Source: Christensenellaceae bacterium (GTDB taxonomy: Bacteria; Bacillota; Clostridia; Christensenellales; Borkfalkiaceae). Taken from it: DNA of 64,000 nt. Shown in pieces: positions 24,842 to 34,385 of this stretch. The DNA is taken from positions 40,721 to 104,720 of the forward strand of contig JAZSKQ010000009.1 of the NCBI GenBank assembly GCA_045534905.1. The letters run 5' to 3'. Under the pieces are notes generated by a model. It saw nothing but the letters and a program-made list of their open reading frames with translations. It was not told where the DNA came from and searched no databases. Each line of letters opens with the position of its first letter. The stretch's first letter is position 1. The translations under genes and the position numbers were made by a program.

Positions 24842-27130
24842 TTAAGCCGGTAATTTACCCGATTTAAAAATTCTTACTGCAAGTGCAGTCATGTCGTCAC
24901 GTTTTTCGCCGTTGTTTTTTTCTATTGCTTTTTGTAATATACCGTCCGTTAAAGTTTGTGGATTAAACGCTGGGGCTGTTCTTAAGTAGTCTATGATTTC
25001 ACCCGATGACTTAAAAGCATCTGAAATACCGTCGGATAATAATAAAATAATATCTCCGTCTAAAAGTTCCGTGGTGCAAACTGCTGGGGAAAGGTCCTCT
25101 ATAATGCCTAACGGCAAGGTATTACCTTCAACTATTTTAACTTGATTATTACTAACTATAAATCCGTAAGGTGAACCATATTTAATAAAGTCTGCAGTGA
25201 GATTATTTAAATCTATAACGGTTACGTCAAGTGCTGTAAAATTATCTTCAGTGTTTACGGCAAGAAGCCTATTTACAGTGTCCAAAATAAGTTTACTTTT
25301 AAGACCTGCTTTATAAAAACTCTCTATTAAAGACAAGCATACTCCGGATACGGATTCAGCCTTTTCACCGCTACCCATTCCGTCGGATAAAGCGACCAAG
25401 AATTTATCACCTTTAAGCCTAATGACACTATGCGCATCGCCCGATGCAATAGAGCCGTCTTTCTTTGTAGTAGAAAGACCAAAAACGGCGTCGTATAAAG
25501 GTGCTTTGGTAAAGGAAAGGTATTGCTTGTTAGGTGTAATATCGACCTTGTCGTATAATCTAACCTTAATATTTAATGTTTTTTCCACGGTCAATACAAG
25601 TTTTTCAATATTAAATTCACGCATTTCTACGATCATACCTATCGTAACGGACTCTTCTTCGCCGTAAATTAAAAGTTCGCTTAAAACAAAACCCTCTTTA
25701 AAAAGATTTTGAGTTAGTTCGTGCTCTAACTTATTGTGATATTTTAAGGTTGCACCCGTTTCCAAAGCAAGGTTTTTTAATATTTCGGATACGCCGTCAG
25801 ATTGTTTTGCTATAAGTTCAAGCCGAGTTCCTTGTGCGCTTGCATCTATTTTTTTATTGCGATAGTTTGCAAGCATTTTATTTATTGCATAAATAAGTTC
25901 GTTTGGGTGTACGCAAGTTTCAAGAAGGGTAGAGGGTAAATCCACGAAAGATATTTTTCCCTTTGCAAAACCTATATCCGTTAGTTTTTCCATATCCCCC
26001 TTTTTAGGATTGTTTTTCTTTTTGCAAGACTCTTTATTATTACAGTTTAAGCATACGTCGGTAACGACGTTTTCCTGAATTTTTTTCTTTATGGAATCTT
26101 CATTTTCCTTTTTGTCGGTTAGAAGGTAAAAAGCGTCGTGCATATCCGAAAAAACGTTAGAAAGTTCGTAAAGTTTGTTGGATAGATTTATTCTGTTTCT
26201 ATTTATACTTTGTCTAACCAGTTGTTTTTCTCTAAATAGAGTAAGTTTGTTTTTAAATAGGTTAAGTTTTTTTGGCGGAATAATCAAAAAGGAAATTAAA
26301 CCGAAAGCCATAGCACAGATTTCCACCGTGCCGTATGAAGGGTAAATTTCAAAAAGAAAAAAACACGCATAGTCAATTAGTCCTAAAGAAAGTGCTGATA
26401 AATACCTTCCAAACGGCATTGTAAGCGCTGTAATAATTCCAAGTAGAATAAACACTGATATAAGGCTTAGATTGGCGTAATAAACTGCAAAACTTATACC
26501 AAACACTGCTGAAATTAAAATATTCGTAGATTTTTTAAAAATAAAAGCCGAAAAAAGTAAAACCGAAAAGGCAATACCTTTTAGAATAAAGGGATACGTT
26601 AAGTTGCAAATGGATATGCAAAATAAAACCGAGCATAACGCAATTGAAGAATATTCTTCATAAGAGAACTTAAACTTTAAGCCTTTTAATATTATTGCGT
26701 TTAGTGCGCATTTAAGAATTGGAGTAAGTAAAAAAGTAAAGAGTGCTGTTGCGATTCTATTTTCGAGGTCAATTTCTACAAACGTATTTCCAAAAACTAT
26801 AAAACCAACTAGTGAAAGAGCGCAGAAAAACGTGGTTTCAATTGTTGGCTTATATTTAAGCTTTCGATATACAAAATTTACCGAAGGTAGAATGAATGCT
26901 GGAAAAAGCGCTGATAAAATCAACCCAAAATTACCAGTTACCACAAACGATAGTAAAAAAAGAATAGGGGTAACAACTAAGGAAGTGTTAAATTCAAGAA
27001 TAACTGCCAAAACGGCAACTGAATAAAAGCTTTGAGATTTTTCCACCATAGAAAAGGTTAGAAACAATAAAAATGCGGTTAAATATTTAAGAACGGTAAA
27101 ATAATCGGGTTTAGTTTTTATTTTTGGCAT
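24842..27130 (-). CDS. spoIIE: Stage II sporulation protein E (membrane-bound PP2C phosphatase)
   Basis: The N-terminal ~320 aa hold about 10 TM segments. The C-terminal PP2C domain carries GDAHSV, LSDGMGSGEKA, LLLSDGISD and DDMTALAVRI. I prefer the start at ATG 27130 (MPKIKTK), preceded by AAGGGA. The ORF-track start is 27172. Confidence 0.85.
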   Translation of the reverse strand: MPKIKTKPDYFTVLKYLTAFLLFLTFSMVEKSQSFYSVAVLAVILEFNTSLVVTPILFLLSFVVTGNFGLILSALFPAFILPSVNFVYRKLKYKPTIETTFFCALSLVGFIVFGNTFVEIDLENRIATALFTFLLTPILKCALNAIILKGLKFKFSYEEYSSIALCSVLFCISICNLTYPFILKGIAFSVLLFSAFIFKKSTNILISAVFGISFAVYYANLSLISVFILLGIITALTMPFGRYLSALSLGLIDYACFFLFEIYPSYGTVEICAMAFGLISFLIIPPKKLNLFKNKLTLFREKQLVRQSINRNRINLSNKLYELSNVFSDMHDAFYLLTDKKENEDSIKKKIQENVVTDVCLNCNNKESCKKKNNPKKGDMEKLTDIGFAKGKISFVDLPSTLLETCVHPNELIYAINKMLANYRNKKIDASAQGTRLELIAKQSDGVSEILKNLALETGATLKYHNKLEHELTQNLFKEGFVLSELLIYGEEESVTIGMIVEMREFNIEKLVLTVEKTLNIKVRLYDKVDITPNKQYLSFTKAPLYDAVFGLSTTKKDGSIASGDAHSVIRLKGDKFLVALSDGMGSGEKAESVSGVCLSLIESFYKAGLKSKLILDTVNRLLAVNTEDNFTALDVTVIDLNNLTADFIKYGSPYGFIVSNNQVKIVEGNTLPLGIIEDLSPAVCTTELLDGDIILLLSDGISDAFKSSGEIIDYLRTAPAFNPQTLTDGILQKAIEKNNGEKRDDMTALAVRIFKSGKLPA

Positions 27131-27211
27131 ATCAAATTCCCTTCTATTATAAAATACGAATAAATAATACATTTAATCAAAGGATAAATTTTATACGATT
27201 ATTATTCTAAT

Positions 27212-27218
27212 TGTCGAA
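27212..27218 (+). promoter_or_regulatory. Spo0A-box-like heptamer (TGTCGAA) upstream of spoIIE
   Basis: An exact TGTCGAA lies 82-88 nt upstream of the preferred spoIIE start. On the minus strand it overlaps a possible -35 (TTCGAC, 17-nt spacer, TATAAA). Confidence 0.3.
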
Positions 27219-27306
27219 AAAGAAGGAAAAAATTTTGTAAAAACGCTTTTAATATTACAAGATATGTTGTAAAATAAAAGAAAGTAAAAATTAAGGTGGA
27301 CTTAAT

Positions 27307-28284
27307 ATGATAAAAGTAGGAATAATAGGATACGGCAATTTAGGTAAAGGCGTAAACTTAGCTATAGATCTTGCAAGTGATTTAGAGTGCGTTGGTATTT
27401 TTACCCGCCGTTCACCTCAAACCGTAAAACCAATAGTGGACGGTACGCCGGTTTTCGCTATGGAAAAACTACCCGATTTTAAGGGATTGGTTGACGTTAT
27501 GATAGTTTGTGGTGGAAGCGCAACCGACCTTCCTGAAATGACGGCAAATATACTAAAAGATTTCAACACGGTAGATTCTTTCGATACACACGCTAAAATT
27601 CCGGAATACTTTGAAAAATTAAATAAAGTTGCAAAAGAGAATAATACGTTAGGCGCAATTTCTATTGGTTGGGACCCGGGCTTATTTTCTATTATGAGAC
27701 AAATTTTTTCATCCGTACTCCCACAAGGTAACGATTATACTTTTTGGGGTAAAGGGGTGTCGCAAGGTCATTCCGACGCTATAAGAAGGATTGACGGTGT
27801 GCTTAAAGCAGTACAATACACCGTTCCTAAAGAAGAAGCCGTAAGTTTGGTTAGAGCAGGTAAAAACCCTGCACTTTCCGTAAAAGATAAACATTTAAGA
27901 GAATGTTTCGTCGTTGTAAAGGACGGTGCCGACAAGAAAAAAATTGAAGAGCAAATTGTTACAATGCCAAACTATTTTGCCGATTACGATACTGTTGTAA
28001 ACTTTATATCCGAAGAAGAATTTAATAAAAATCATACCGAACTTCCTCACGGTGGATTCGTGTTAAGGTCGGGTAATACTTCTAATGATAAAAATCACGT
28101 TATAGAATTTTCACTCAAGCTTGATTCCAACCCACAATTTACGGGGAGTGTTTTAACGGCATACGCAAGGGCTATTGCTAAAATGGCAAAAGAAGGATAT
28201 AACGGGGCAGTAACGGTGTTTGACGTTCCGTTGAAATATTTATCACCAAAATCTCCCGAAGAATTAAGGAAGAATTTACTGTAA
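27307..28284 (+). CDS. ddh: meso-Diaminopimelate D-dehydrogenase
   Basis: N-terminus MIKVGIIGYGNLGKGV and the GVSQGHSDAIRRI block. 325 aa, typical of Ddh. Confidence 0.85.
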   Translation: MIKVGIIGYGNLGKGVNLAIDLASDLECVGIFTRRSPQTVKPIVDGTPVFAMEKLPDFKGLVDVMIVCGGSATDLPEMTANILKDFNTVDSFDTHAKIPEYFEKLNKVAKENNTLGAISIGWDPGLFSIMRQIFSSVLPQGNDYTFWGKGVSQGHSDAIRRIDGVLKAVQYTVPKEEAVSLVRAGKNPALSVKDKHLRECFVVVKDGADKKKIEEQIVTMPNYFADYDTVVNFISEEEFNKNHTELPHGGFVLRSGNTSNDKNHVIEFSLKLDSNPQFTGSVLTAYARAIAKMAKEGYNGAVTVFDVPLKYLSPKSPEELRKNLL

Positions 28285-28285
28285 T

Positions 28286-29428
28286 ATGTCCAAAACTTAT
28301 AAAAACAAAATAAAAAAGAAAACTAAGAAGGCTGTAGAAAAGGCGTTGAAGAAATCGGCGTTTTTAAGGGTTGTTGCAATAATTTTAATACTTGCCGTTA
28401 TTGCCGGTTGCGCTTATTATTATTTCTTTATTTATAAAAAGAAAACGCTTCCACCTGCGACGGGTGACTTATCTTTCCACTTTATGATGCTTGGTAACGA
28501 GTATGCTGGCGATAGTATATACGTAAAAGCCGGTGATACGGATATTTTAATAGACGCCGGTAGTAGGAAAGATAGTATAGACGACGTTAAATCTTACGTT
28601 GACACTTATTGTACGGACGGTATTTTAGAATACGTTGTTGCTACTCACGCAGACCAAGACCATATAGCAGGCTTTGCAGGTAATAATAGTATTTTCCATA
28701 AATATAAATGTAAAACCATAATAGATTTTCCAATCTCAGAAAAGAAAACTGCTACGTATAACGAATATAAGCAAAATCGTGATGCGGAAGTAAGTGGTGA
28801 CGGCGCCGTGCATTATACTGCATTAGAGTGCTATAAGGAAATTAACGGCGCAAAGCGTGTATATACTTTGGCTGAAAGTATTACAATGGAAATACTATAT
28901 CATAAGTATTATGAAGAAGACGCCGACCATGAAAACGATTATTCGGTATGTTTATTATTCCGTCACGGTGCAAAATCTTTCTTATTTACAGGTGATTTAG
29001 AAGAAGACGGTGAAATTTCGCTCGTTAATAATAACGATATTTCTAACGTAGATTTATATAAAGCAGGTCATCACGGGTCAAACACGTCTTCGCACAAAGA
29101 CTTACTTAACGAGGCAAGACCAAAAATTTGTGTTGTATCTTGCGTTGCCGGTACTGACGAATATACCGACGTAATAGCTAATCAATTTCCGACCCAAAAC
29201 TTTATAAATAGAATTTCTAAATACACTAATAAAGTTTACGTTACGAGCATTGGTGATACTGAATTTACTAACGGGCAAAAATTTGCACCACTAAACGGCA
29301 ATGTTGTCGTAATATCAGACGGGGAAAACCCAGTAACGGTAAACTGCAGTAATAATAATACGCTATTAAAAGATACGGCTTGGTTTAAAGCAAAAAGAAC
29401 GCTTCCGCAATACTGGGCAGCAGCTTAA
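28286..29428 (+). CDS. Membrane-anchored MBL-fold metallo-hydrolase (ComEC C-terminal-domain-like)
   Basis: N-terminal basic segment plus one TM helix. MBL motif THADQDHIAG, later GHHGS. Confidence 0.6.
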   Translation: MSKTYKNKIKKKTKKAVEKALKKSAFLRVVAIILILAVIAGCAYYYFFIYKKKTLPPATGDLSFHFMMLGNEYAGDSIYVKAGDTDILIDAGSRKDSIDDVKSYVDTYCTDGILEYVVATHADQDHIAGFAGNNSIFHKYKCKTIIDFPISEKKTATYNEYKQNRDAEVSGDGAVHYTALECYKEINGAKRVYTLAESITMEILYHKYYEEDADHENDYSVCLLFRHGAKSFLFTGDLEEDGEISLVNNNDISNVDLYKAGHHGSNTSSHKDLLNEARPKICVVSCVAGTDEYTDVIANQFPTQNFINRISKYTNKVYVTSIGDTEFTNGQKFAPLNGNVVVISDGENPVTVNCSNNNTLLKDTAWFKAKRTLPQYWAAA

Positions 29429-29443
29429 AAAACTGAATAAATA

Positions 29444-29479
29444 AAAAAACACTCCTCATAATATTTGAGGAGTTTTTTT
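29444..29479 (+). terminator. Rho-independent terminator
   Basis: Stem actcctca / tgaggagt with a 7-nt loop and a run of 6 T. Confidence 0.65.
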
Positions 29480-30820
29480 ATGGAAAAAGCAAGTAAATTT
29501 CTGTTTAAGGGTGCTTTTGTTTTGGCTATCGGTGCGTTTTTATCTAAACTTATAGGTGCAATATATCGTATTCCATTAACAAATTTATTAGGTTCCGACG
29601 GAATAGGTATATATCAAATGGTGTTTCCTGTTTACGTTTTACTTTTAGACCTTTCAAGTGGTGGGGTTCCTTCTGCGATATCTAAAATGGTGGCTGGAAA
29701 AAATGGAGAAGCTAAAACTGTTTTAATAGAAAGCCTTAAACTGTTTTCTTTGATAGGTTTGATAGGAATGCTTTTAATGTTAACGCTTAGTAGATTGCTT
29801 TCGTTAGCACAAGGTAACGGCTCTGCAACGTTTGCTTATATAACTTTATCGCCGTCTGTATTATTAGTTTGCTTAATATCGTGTTTTAGGGGATATTTTC
29901 AAGGCAACAAAAACATGACTAAGACGGCGGTCTCACAAGTAATTGAACAAATAATTAAGCTCGTTTTAGGAATACTTTTAATTAAACGTTTTGTTTTTAA
30001 TACTGCTCTTTCGGTGGCTTTAGCTACTCTTGCCGTAACTGTTTCAGAATTACTTGCACTAATATATCTTTTTATAAGTTATAAAAAAACGGAAGAAGGA
30101 AGTATAAAAAACACTTCTAAAAAAGGATTAAAAAAAGAAATCTTTAAACTTTCCGTGCCGATTACGCTTACCGTAATAGCCCTTCCTTTAAGTCATTTAA
30201 TAGATAGTTTTTTAGTAGTGAATATTTTATCAAAATACACTATTAACGCCACCTCTTTTTACGGTTTATACTCGGGGTCAGCAGTTACAATAATACATTT
30301 GCCGACTTCGTTATTATACGGCTTATCTCAATCGGTAATACCTTTAATTTCCGAAAGTAAAAGTAATTGTGAAAATGACGATAGGGGTATGGTCGCTATA
30401 AAATTAACATTAATTCTATCAATAATTTTATCTATTATTATATTTGCTTTTTCACCACTTGCGGTAAAAATTTTATTTAATAGATTAAGTTTAGAAGAAA
30501 AAAATATAACTATAAAACTAATAAAAATCATGTCAATTAATGTGGTGTTTATATCACTGCTTCAAACTCTTAACGGGATACTGATAGGTCGTGGCGAGGG
30601 ATTAAAAACCTTGACTGGAACTTTAACGGGTGTAGTTATAAAAACTGTTTTATCTATAATATTACTAAATAACCCTAAATTTAATATATATGGCGTTGCA
30701 GTTTCGTCAATTGCTTGCTATTTTACCGCATGTTTGATAAACTTATTAAGAATAAGAAATGCAAAGGTGAAAAATGCAGTTAAAAAAGATAGTTATAGGA
30801 AATCAAACTGTATCGAATAA
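29480..30820 (+). CDS. MOP-superfamily flippase (SpoVB / MurJ-like polysaccharide biosynthesis protein)
   Basis: Starts MEKASKFLFKGAFVLAIGAFLSKLIGAIYRIPLTNLLG. About 12-14 TM segments. The ORF-track TTG start at 29465 lies inside the terminator stem. Confidence 0.7.
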   Translation: MEKASKFLFKGAFVLAIGAFLSKLIGAIYRIPLTNLLGSDGIGIYQMVFPVYVLLLDLSSGGVPSAISKMVAGKNGEAKTVLIESLKLFSLIGLIGMLLMLTLSRLLSLAQGNGSATFAYITLSPSVLLVCLISCFRGYFQGNKNMTKTAVSQVIEQIIKLVLGILLIKRFVFNTALSVALATLAVTVSELLALIYLFISYKKTEEGSIKNTSKKGLKKEIFKLSVPITLTVIALPLSHLIDSFLVVNILSKYTINATSFYGLYSGSAVTIIHLPTSLLYGLSQSVIPLISESKSNCENDDRGMVAIKLTLILSIILSIIIFAFSPLAVKILFNRLSLEEKNITIKLIKIMSINVVFISLLQTLNGILIGRGEGLKTLTGTLTGVVIKTVLSIILLNNPKFNIYGVAVSSIACYFTACLINLLRIRNAKVKNAVKKDSYRKSNCIE

Positions 30821-31709
30821 CGTTTTTCTTGCACCGATAGCGGGTTATACCGACGGTGCTTTTAGAAAAGAAATTATTTCGCTGGGTATTGGGTTAACCT
30901 TTACAGAACTTGTAAGCGCAAAAGGATTGATATACGGTGCAAACGGAAATAAAGTTTTGCTAAGTAGTTCTAACTATTCAAAAACTGCAGTGCAAATATT
31001 TGGTGGTGACGAATATTTTATGCGTAAAGCATGCGAAAGTACCGACCTTGCTCCATTTAATATAGTGGATATAAATATGGGTTGTCCAGTTCCAAAGGTG
31101 TTTAATAACGGAGAGGGCAGTGCGTTATTATTAGACGTAAAAAGAGCGCAAAATATTATTAAAGAGTGTTCTAAAAGTGGAAAAGAAATAACAGTAAAAA
31201 TTCGTACTGGCTTAAAAAAAGGGGACGATATTGCAAGTGATTTTGCAATGGCTTGTGAAGATGCCGGTGCAAAACTAATAACCGTGCACGGTAGAGTAAG
31301 GGAAGATTATTATTCGGGCGAACCAGACTATAAGGCAATAGAAAAGGTTAAGCATAACGTTAAAATTCCCGTGATTGCAAACGGAGGAATTTTCACCGAA
31401 AGTGATGCCGACGATATGATGGATAGAACGGGTGCTGACGGCGTAATGCTTGCAAGGGGAGCGTTAAAAAATCCTTTTTTAGTGGCAAGTTTAACTAATA
31501 CTTTTACGGATAGAGATATGAAAAAATTTATAATAAACCACGTTAAAGGTATGTTAAGCGTTTATCCCGAAAGGCAGGCTAACGTAGAGTTTAGAAAATT
31601 CGTTCCCTACTACTTTCACGGTGTTAAAAATTCTAAAGAATTACGCCTTAAACTTATGGCGACGAAAAACGTGGAAGAAATAATAGATATTATTAAGCGT
31701 GAAGTTTAA
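30774..31709 (+). CDS. tRNA-dihydrouridine synthase
   Basis: FLAPIAGYTDGAFR, DINMGCPVPKV and ITVHGR motifs of the Dus family. It overlaps the preceding gene by 47 nt. Confidence 0.8.
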   Translation: MQLKKIVIGNQTVSNNVFLAPIAGYTDGAFRKEIISLGIGLTFTELVSAKGLIYGANGNKVLLSSSNYSKTAVQIFGGDEYFMRKACESTDLAPFNIVDINMGCPVPKVFNNGEGSALLLDVKRAQNIIKECSKSGKEITVKIRTGLKKGDDIASDFAMACEDAGAKLITVHGRVREDYYSGEPDYKAIEKVKHNVKIPVIANGGIFTESDADDMMDRTGADGVMLARGALKNPFLVASLTNTFTDRDMKKFIINHVKGMLSVYPERQANVEFRKFVPYYFHGVKNSKELRLKLMATKNVEEIIDIIKREV

Positions 31710-31763
31710 CAAAAAACCGACGGATAGAGTAATATAAATAAGAAACTTTTATTCGGAGGCAAA

Positions 31764-32441
31764 ATGGAAATCCGTTTCGTTACTTCAGACACTCTAAACA
31801 CCGTGTGGCAAGAAAAGTTCGACACCGTTTCAAAAAGTAAATTGACGGTTTTTGGCTTTAACGGTTTAGGACTTGTAAGTTATAAAAAAGAACTATCCGG
31901 TGAAACGGAGTATTTTCGTGACGTGGCTACGTTATCGAAACAAACGGATGGGGTTATAATTTGTGGTTGCGATACCGATACTTACGGTGTATTCCGTCAC
32001 TCGGCAGTAATAGCCGATAGAGGCAAAATACTTGGCGTTTCGGACATGGTTCATCAAATAGACAGCACCGAGTTTGTTTCGGGTGGAAATTTTAGGGTTT
32101 ACGATACCTCCGTAGGTAAAATTGGTTTAATAATTGCAGACGACATTTATTTTCCCGAAGTGGTTAGGGTGTTGTCACTATGCGACGCAGATTTAATTGT
32201 TAGCATAATGGGTAAAATTGAAAACGGAATGCCACAAACTATGATAAAGGCGGGTTCGTTTTGTAATGGTGTTCCCATTGCGCTTTGTTCAAAAAACTAT
32301 TGTGCCGTTTCGGATATTCGTGGAAATATTATAAGTGCAGGTAGTAGTGATTTAACCGTAACTGTGAAAAACGAAAAAGATTTTAGGCTTATAAGTTGTC
32401 GCAGAAGGGGTTTATATAAAGATTTTAATTCAGGTTATTAA
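31764..32441 (+). CDS. Hypothetical protein with a degenerate carbon-nitrogen hydrolase (nitrilase-superfamily)-like core
   Basis: The segment KIGLIIADDIYFPEVVR resembles the nitrilase-superfamily G-x-x-I-C-Y/W-D-x-x-FPE block, but with Ala where the nucleophilic Cys would be. Confidence 0.35.
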   Translation: MEIRFVTSDTLNTVWQEKFDTVSKSKLTVFGFNGLGLVSYKKELSGETEYFRDVATLSKQTDGVIICGCDTDTYGVFRHSAVIADRGKILGVSDMVHQIDSTEFVSGGNFRVYDTSVGKIGLIIADDIYFPEVVRVLSLCDADLIVSIMGKIENGMPQTMIKAGSFCNGVPIALCSKNYCAVSDIRGNIISAGSSDLTVTVKNEKDFRLISCRRRGLYKDFNSGY

Positions 32442-32453
32442 AAAGGAGAAAAT

Positions 32454-32951
32454 ATGCCACTCAACGTAGTTTTAGTAGAACCGGAAATTCCGCAAAATGC
32501 GGGAAATATAGTAAGGACTTGTGCCGTTACAGGTAGCGTAGTACATATGGTAAAACCTTTAGGATTTGAAGTTTCGGACAAGTACTTAAAAAGGGCAGGG
32601 CTTGATTATTGGGACAAGGTCGATATAAGATACTATGATAGTTTCAAAGAAGTTATGGACAAGTATTATAACGGAAAAAACTTTCACTTCTTTTCAACGA
32701 AGTCTAAACAAACCCATACGGAGGCTTGTTATAAAGACGGCGATTTTTTAGTGTTTGGCAAAGAGTCTAAAGGATTACCGGAACCGTTACTTAAAGAGCA
32801 TTATGGCGAGTGTGTTAGAATACCTATGATTGGTGAACTTAGAAGTCTAAATTTATCAAATTCCGTAGCAATCGGTGTGTATGAAGCTATAAGGCAAATA
32901 GGATACGAGGAGTTCAAAACACAAGGCGAATTAACAGGAAGACCCGATTAA
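32454..32951 (+). CDS. trmL: tRNA (cytidine/uridine-2'-O-)-methyltransferase TrmL (SPOUT family)
   Basis: Starts NVVLVEPEIPQNAGNIVRTCAVTG, with a C-terminal SLNLSNSVAIGVYEA knot motif. 165 aa. Confidence 0.8.
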   Translation: MPLNVVLVEPEIPQNAGNIVRTCAVTGSVVHMVKPLGFEVSDKYLKRAGLDYWDKVDIRYYDSFKEVMDKYYNGKNFHFFSTKSKQTHTEACYKDGDFLVFGKESKGLPEPLLKEHYGECVRIPMIGELRSLNLSNSVAIGVYEAIRQIGYEEFKTQGELTGRPD

Positions 32952-32984
32952 CTCTAAAAAATAGTGTAAAAGGTGTGTTTTGTG

Positions 32985-33014
32985 TTGACAAAACGCCTTT
33001 TTTTAAGTTAAAAT
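32985..33014 (+). promoter_or_regulatory. sigma-A type promoter for pgk-tpiA(-gpmI)
   Basis: TTGACA (32985-32990), 18-nt spacer, TAAAAT (33009-33014). Confidence 0.5.
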
Positions 33015-33053
33015 ATTACGGAAATAAAAACTAATTTCAAGGAGAGATAAAAA

Positions 33054-34367
33054 ATGAACAAAAAGTCTATATTAGACGTAGAAGTAAAAGGTAAAAAATG
33101 TTTAGTCAGAGTTGACTTTAACGTTCCTATGAAAGACGGTAAAATTACTGACGAAACACGTATTAACGGCGCACTTCCCACCATTAAATACTTGGTAGAA
33201 CAAGGTGCAAAAGTAATACTTTGTTCACATATGGGCAAACCCCACAATATTTTTACTGAAGGTTTCGGTTTAACTAAAAAAGAAAAGAAAGCAGTTGAAA
33301 AGTTACCTGTTGAAGAACAAGCAGCTGCAACTGAAGAATATTTAAAGAAAGCACTTAAGGACAAAGAAAAATTCACTCTTCGTCCCGTTGCTGAAAGACT
33401 CGCAGAAAAACTTGGTAAACCGGTTGTATTTGCTGAAGACGTAGTTGGTCCTTGCGCAGATAAGGCTGTAGCCGAAATTAAAGACGGTGAAGTAGTTCTT
33501 CTTGAAAACACTCGTTTCGAAAAGGGTGAAGAAAAGCGTGACGAAGCACTTTGCAAAAAACTTGCTTCTTATTGCGACGTTTACGTAAACGATGCTTTTG
33601 GTACTGCACACCGTTCACACGCAACTACTGCAGCAATCGTAGAATACGGCTTTGTAAAAACTGCCGTTTGTGGTTTCCTTATTGAAAAAGAACTTTCAGT
33701 TATGGCAAACTCACTTGAAAATCCGTCAAGACCTTTCGTTGCTATTTTAGGTGGTGCAAAGGTTGCTGATAAATTAAAGGTTATTTCTAACCTCCTTGAA
33801 AAGTGCGATACTTTAATTATCGGTGGCGGTATGGCTTATACTTTCTTAAAGGCAAAGGGTATCGAAGTAGGTAACTCTTTAGTAGATACCGAACAAATCG
33901 ACTACTGCAAAGATATGATGAAAAAAGCTGAAGAACTTGGTAAAAAGTTATATCTTCCTATCGACGTATTATATACCAAAGATTTCCCAAATCCAATTGA
34001 CGCAGTTGTAGAATACGGTGCATGTGACATTGATAAGATTCCTGCAGATATGCAAGCGCTTGACATTGGCGAAAAGACCCAAAAATTATTTGCTGATGCT
34101 GTTAAGAGTGCTAAACTCGTTATTTGGAACGGACCTATGGGCGTGTTCGAAAACCCAATTTTCGCTTCAGGTACTAACGCAGTTGCAAAAGCACTTTCTG
34201 AAACTGATGCTATTACTATTATCGGTGGTGGCGATTCAGCTGCAGCAGTTCAAACTTTAGGTTACGCAGACAAAATGACACACATTTCTACCGGTGGTGG
34301 TGCTTCGTTAGAATTGTTCGAAGGCAAAAAGCTTCCTGGTATCGAATGCTTAAACGATAAAAATTAA
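33054..34367 (+). CDS. pgk: Phosphoglycerate kinase (with a ~35-aa internal insertion)
   Basis: [22 protein letters not shown] and STGGGASLE motifs. 437 aa against roughly 395 aa typical. Confidence 0.93.
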   Translation: MNKKSILDVEVKGKKCLVRVDFNVPMKDGKITDETRINGALPTIKYLVEQGAKVILCSHMGKPHNIFTEGFGLTKKEKKAVEKLPVEEQAAATEEYLKKALKDKEKFTLRPVAERLAEKLGKPVVFAEDVVGPCADKAVAEIKDGEVVLLENTRFEKGEEKRDEALCKKLASYCDVYVNDAFGTAHRSHATTAAIVEYGFVKTAVCGFLIEKELSVMANSLENPSRPFVAILGGAKVADKLKVISNLLEKCDTLIIGGGMAYTFLKAKGIEVGNSLVDTEQIDYCKDMMKKAEELGKKLYLPIDVLYTKDFPNPIDAVVEYGACDIDKIPADMQALDIGEKTQKLFADAVKSAKLVIWNGPMGVFENPIFASGTNAVAKALSETDAITIIGGGDSAAAVQTLGYADKMTHISTGGGASLELFEGKKLPGIECLNDKN

Positions 34368-34385
34368 TTACGGAGATTACTTACT

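Noticed and set aside
33008-33556. 182-aa minus-strand ORF
   Set aside because: It is antisense to pgk, Ser-rich and low-complexity, and has no start context.
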